64,000 bases of DNA from an uncultured Gemmatimonadaceae bacterium (lineage in GTDB: Bacteria > Gemmatimonadota > Gemmatimonadetes > Gemmatimonadales > Gemmatimonadaceae), in NCBI GenBank assembly GCA_963716745.1, contig OY970320.1:1408001-1472000 (forward strand), in the 5' to 3' direction. This document shows positions 62,940 through 64,000 of the stretch, piece after piece. Under the pieces are notes generated by a model that was not told where the DNA came from, made no database searches, and saw only the letters and a program-made list of their open reading frames with translations. Made by a program: the position numbers and the translations under genes. Position 1 is the stretch's first letter; each line of letters starts with the position of its first letter.

Positions 62940-63895
62940 TGACAACACAGCAGGTGGCCGAGGCCATGTCGAGAGTGCGCGCGGCGGTATCGCAGCGCGT
63001 GGTGGGGCAGGACGAAGTGATCGACCAGGCGCTGGTCGCCTTCCTGGCGCGCGGGCACGCGCTGCTCGAGGGCGTGCCCGGCACGGCGAAGACGCTGCTC
63101 GTTCGCGCGCTCGCCGGAGCGCTCAACGCGAAGTTCGGGCGCATCCAGTTCACGCCCGACCTCATGCCGAGCGACATCACCGGGATCAACCTCCTGCGCG
63201 ATGGCGGGCGTAGCAGCGAGTTCCGCGGCGGTCCCATCTTCACCGACCTGCTGCTCGCCGACGAGATCAATCGCGCGCCGGCGAAGACACAATCGGCGCT
63301 GCTCGAAGCGATGCAGGAGCGGCAGACGACGGTAGACGGCGTCGCGCGGCCGCTCGGCGACTTGTTCACCGTGTTCGCGACGCAGAATCCGGTTGAGTAC
63401 GAGGGCACGTATCCGCTGCCCGAGGCGCAGCTCGACCGGTTCCTGCTCAAGATCCGCGTGCCCTACCCATCGCGCGAGTCGGAACTGCAGATGCTCGCGA
63501 ACTACGAGGGCGGCTTCGACGCCGAGCGTGCAGCGGATGTGGTGCCGCCGCCGGTGCTGAACGAGCAGACGTGCCGCGAGGTGCGCGCTGCCGTGGACGG
63601 CGTGAAAGTCGCGCCCGAGGTGCGCGATTACATCGCGAACATCGTGCGCGCGACACGGGAGGATCCGGCGCTCACGCTCGGCGGAAGCCCGCGCGCGAGC
63701 GTCGCGCTGTTCCGGGTGGCGCGCGGCGCGGCGCTGCTGGCCGGCCGCGAGTTCGTGACGCCCGACAATGTGAAGGCGTTCGCGTTCCCCGTGCTTCGCC
63801 ACCGCATCACGGTCGCGCCGGAGGTGGAGGTGGAGGGACGCACCAGCGACGAGGTGCTGCAGGCGCTCCTGCTGCGGGTGGTGGCGCCGAAGTGA
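62939..63895 (+). CDS. MoxR-family AAA+ ATPase
   Basis: VVGQD, EGVPGTAKT, RIQFTPDLMPSDITG, DEINRAPAKTQ, YPLPEAQLDRF. Confidence 0.95.
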   Translation: MTTQQVAEAMSRVRAAVSQRVVGQDEVIDQALVAFLARGHALLEGVPGTAKTLLVRALAGALNAKFGRIQFTPDLMPSDITGINLLRDGGRSSEFRGGPIFTDLLLADEINRAPAKTQSALLEAMQERQTTVDGVARPLGDLFTVFATQNPVEYEGTYPLPEAQLDRFLLKIRVPYPSRESELQMLANYEGGFDAERAADVVPPPVLNEQTCREVRAAVDGVKVAPEVRDYIANIVRATREDPALTLGGSPRASVALFRVARGAALLAGREFVTPDNVKAFAFPVLRHRITVAPEVEVEGRTSDEVLQALLLRVVAPK

Positions 63896-64000
63896 GCGCG
63901 ACGCGGGATCTGGCCCGGCGGATCGGCGGCTGGGTGACGGCGATCCTTCCCACGCGGCGGCTCGCGCTGGTGGCGGCCTTGCTCGCGCCGGTGTGGCTGC
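63892..64000 (+). CDS. Probable DUF58 protein, 5' end (truncated by the window)
   Basis: GTG overlapping the MoxR stop; ILPTRRLALVAALLAPVWL start; canonical position after MoxR. Confidence 0.5.
   Translation, partial: MSATRDLARRIGGWVTAILPTRRLALVAALLAPVWL

Noticed and set aside
61067..64000. DUF4129-DUF4350-MoxR-DUF58 cluster as a novel system
   Set aside because: A widespread, already recognised MoxR-associated gene arrangement; nothing unusual visible here

Overview
High-GC (~68-70%) bacterial chromosome segment. Gene content and order suggest Gemmatimonadota (inference). Scattered single-base frameshifts in core genes are most likely long-read assembly errors. Housekeeping genes: split F0/delta ATP synthase operon (atpZ/I-B-E-F-H), dut, mog, gcvT, argF, smg-topA-trmFO-xerC-hslV-hslU, aroK/aroC, arfB, a short mutY and two MoxR loci. 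Type IV pilus system in two parts: (i) a minor-pilin operon (FimT-PilV-PilW) with a sigma54/IHF-type promoter, ending in two tandem ~660-aa PilX-like paralogs; (ii) pilS-pilR, a TMTC-like glycosyltransferase, a second HK/NtrC pair, a second minor-pilin set, pilMNOPQ and a large lipoprotein. The best novelty candidate is a lower-GC cassette (~14.2-17.7 kb). There, an unannotated 28-codon peptide gene (MMHLLKAWAKLAKFIKGIPTSFDTQQWQ, strong RBS) lies immediately upstream of a multi-TM HD-GYP phosphodiesterase. It is flanked by a standalone LeuA-regulatory-like protein, a pseudo-receiver sigma54 activator and a convergent BTAD-AAA-TPR-like regulator, and may be a peptide-controlled cyclic-dinucleotide signalling module. 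Also present: long intergenic palindromes (REP/MITE-like) and 7-bp tandem repeats, some translated in-frame in core proteins. No rRNA, tRNA, CRISPR array or transposase was recognised.
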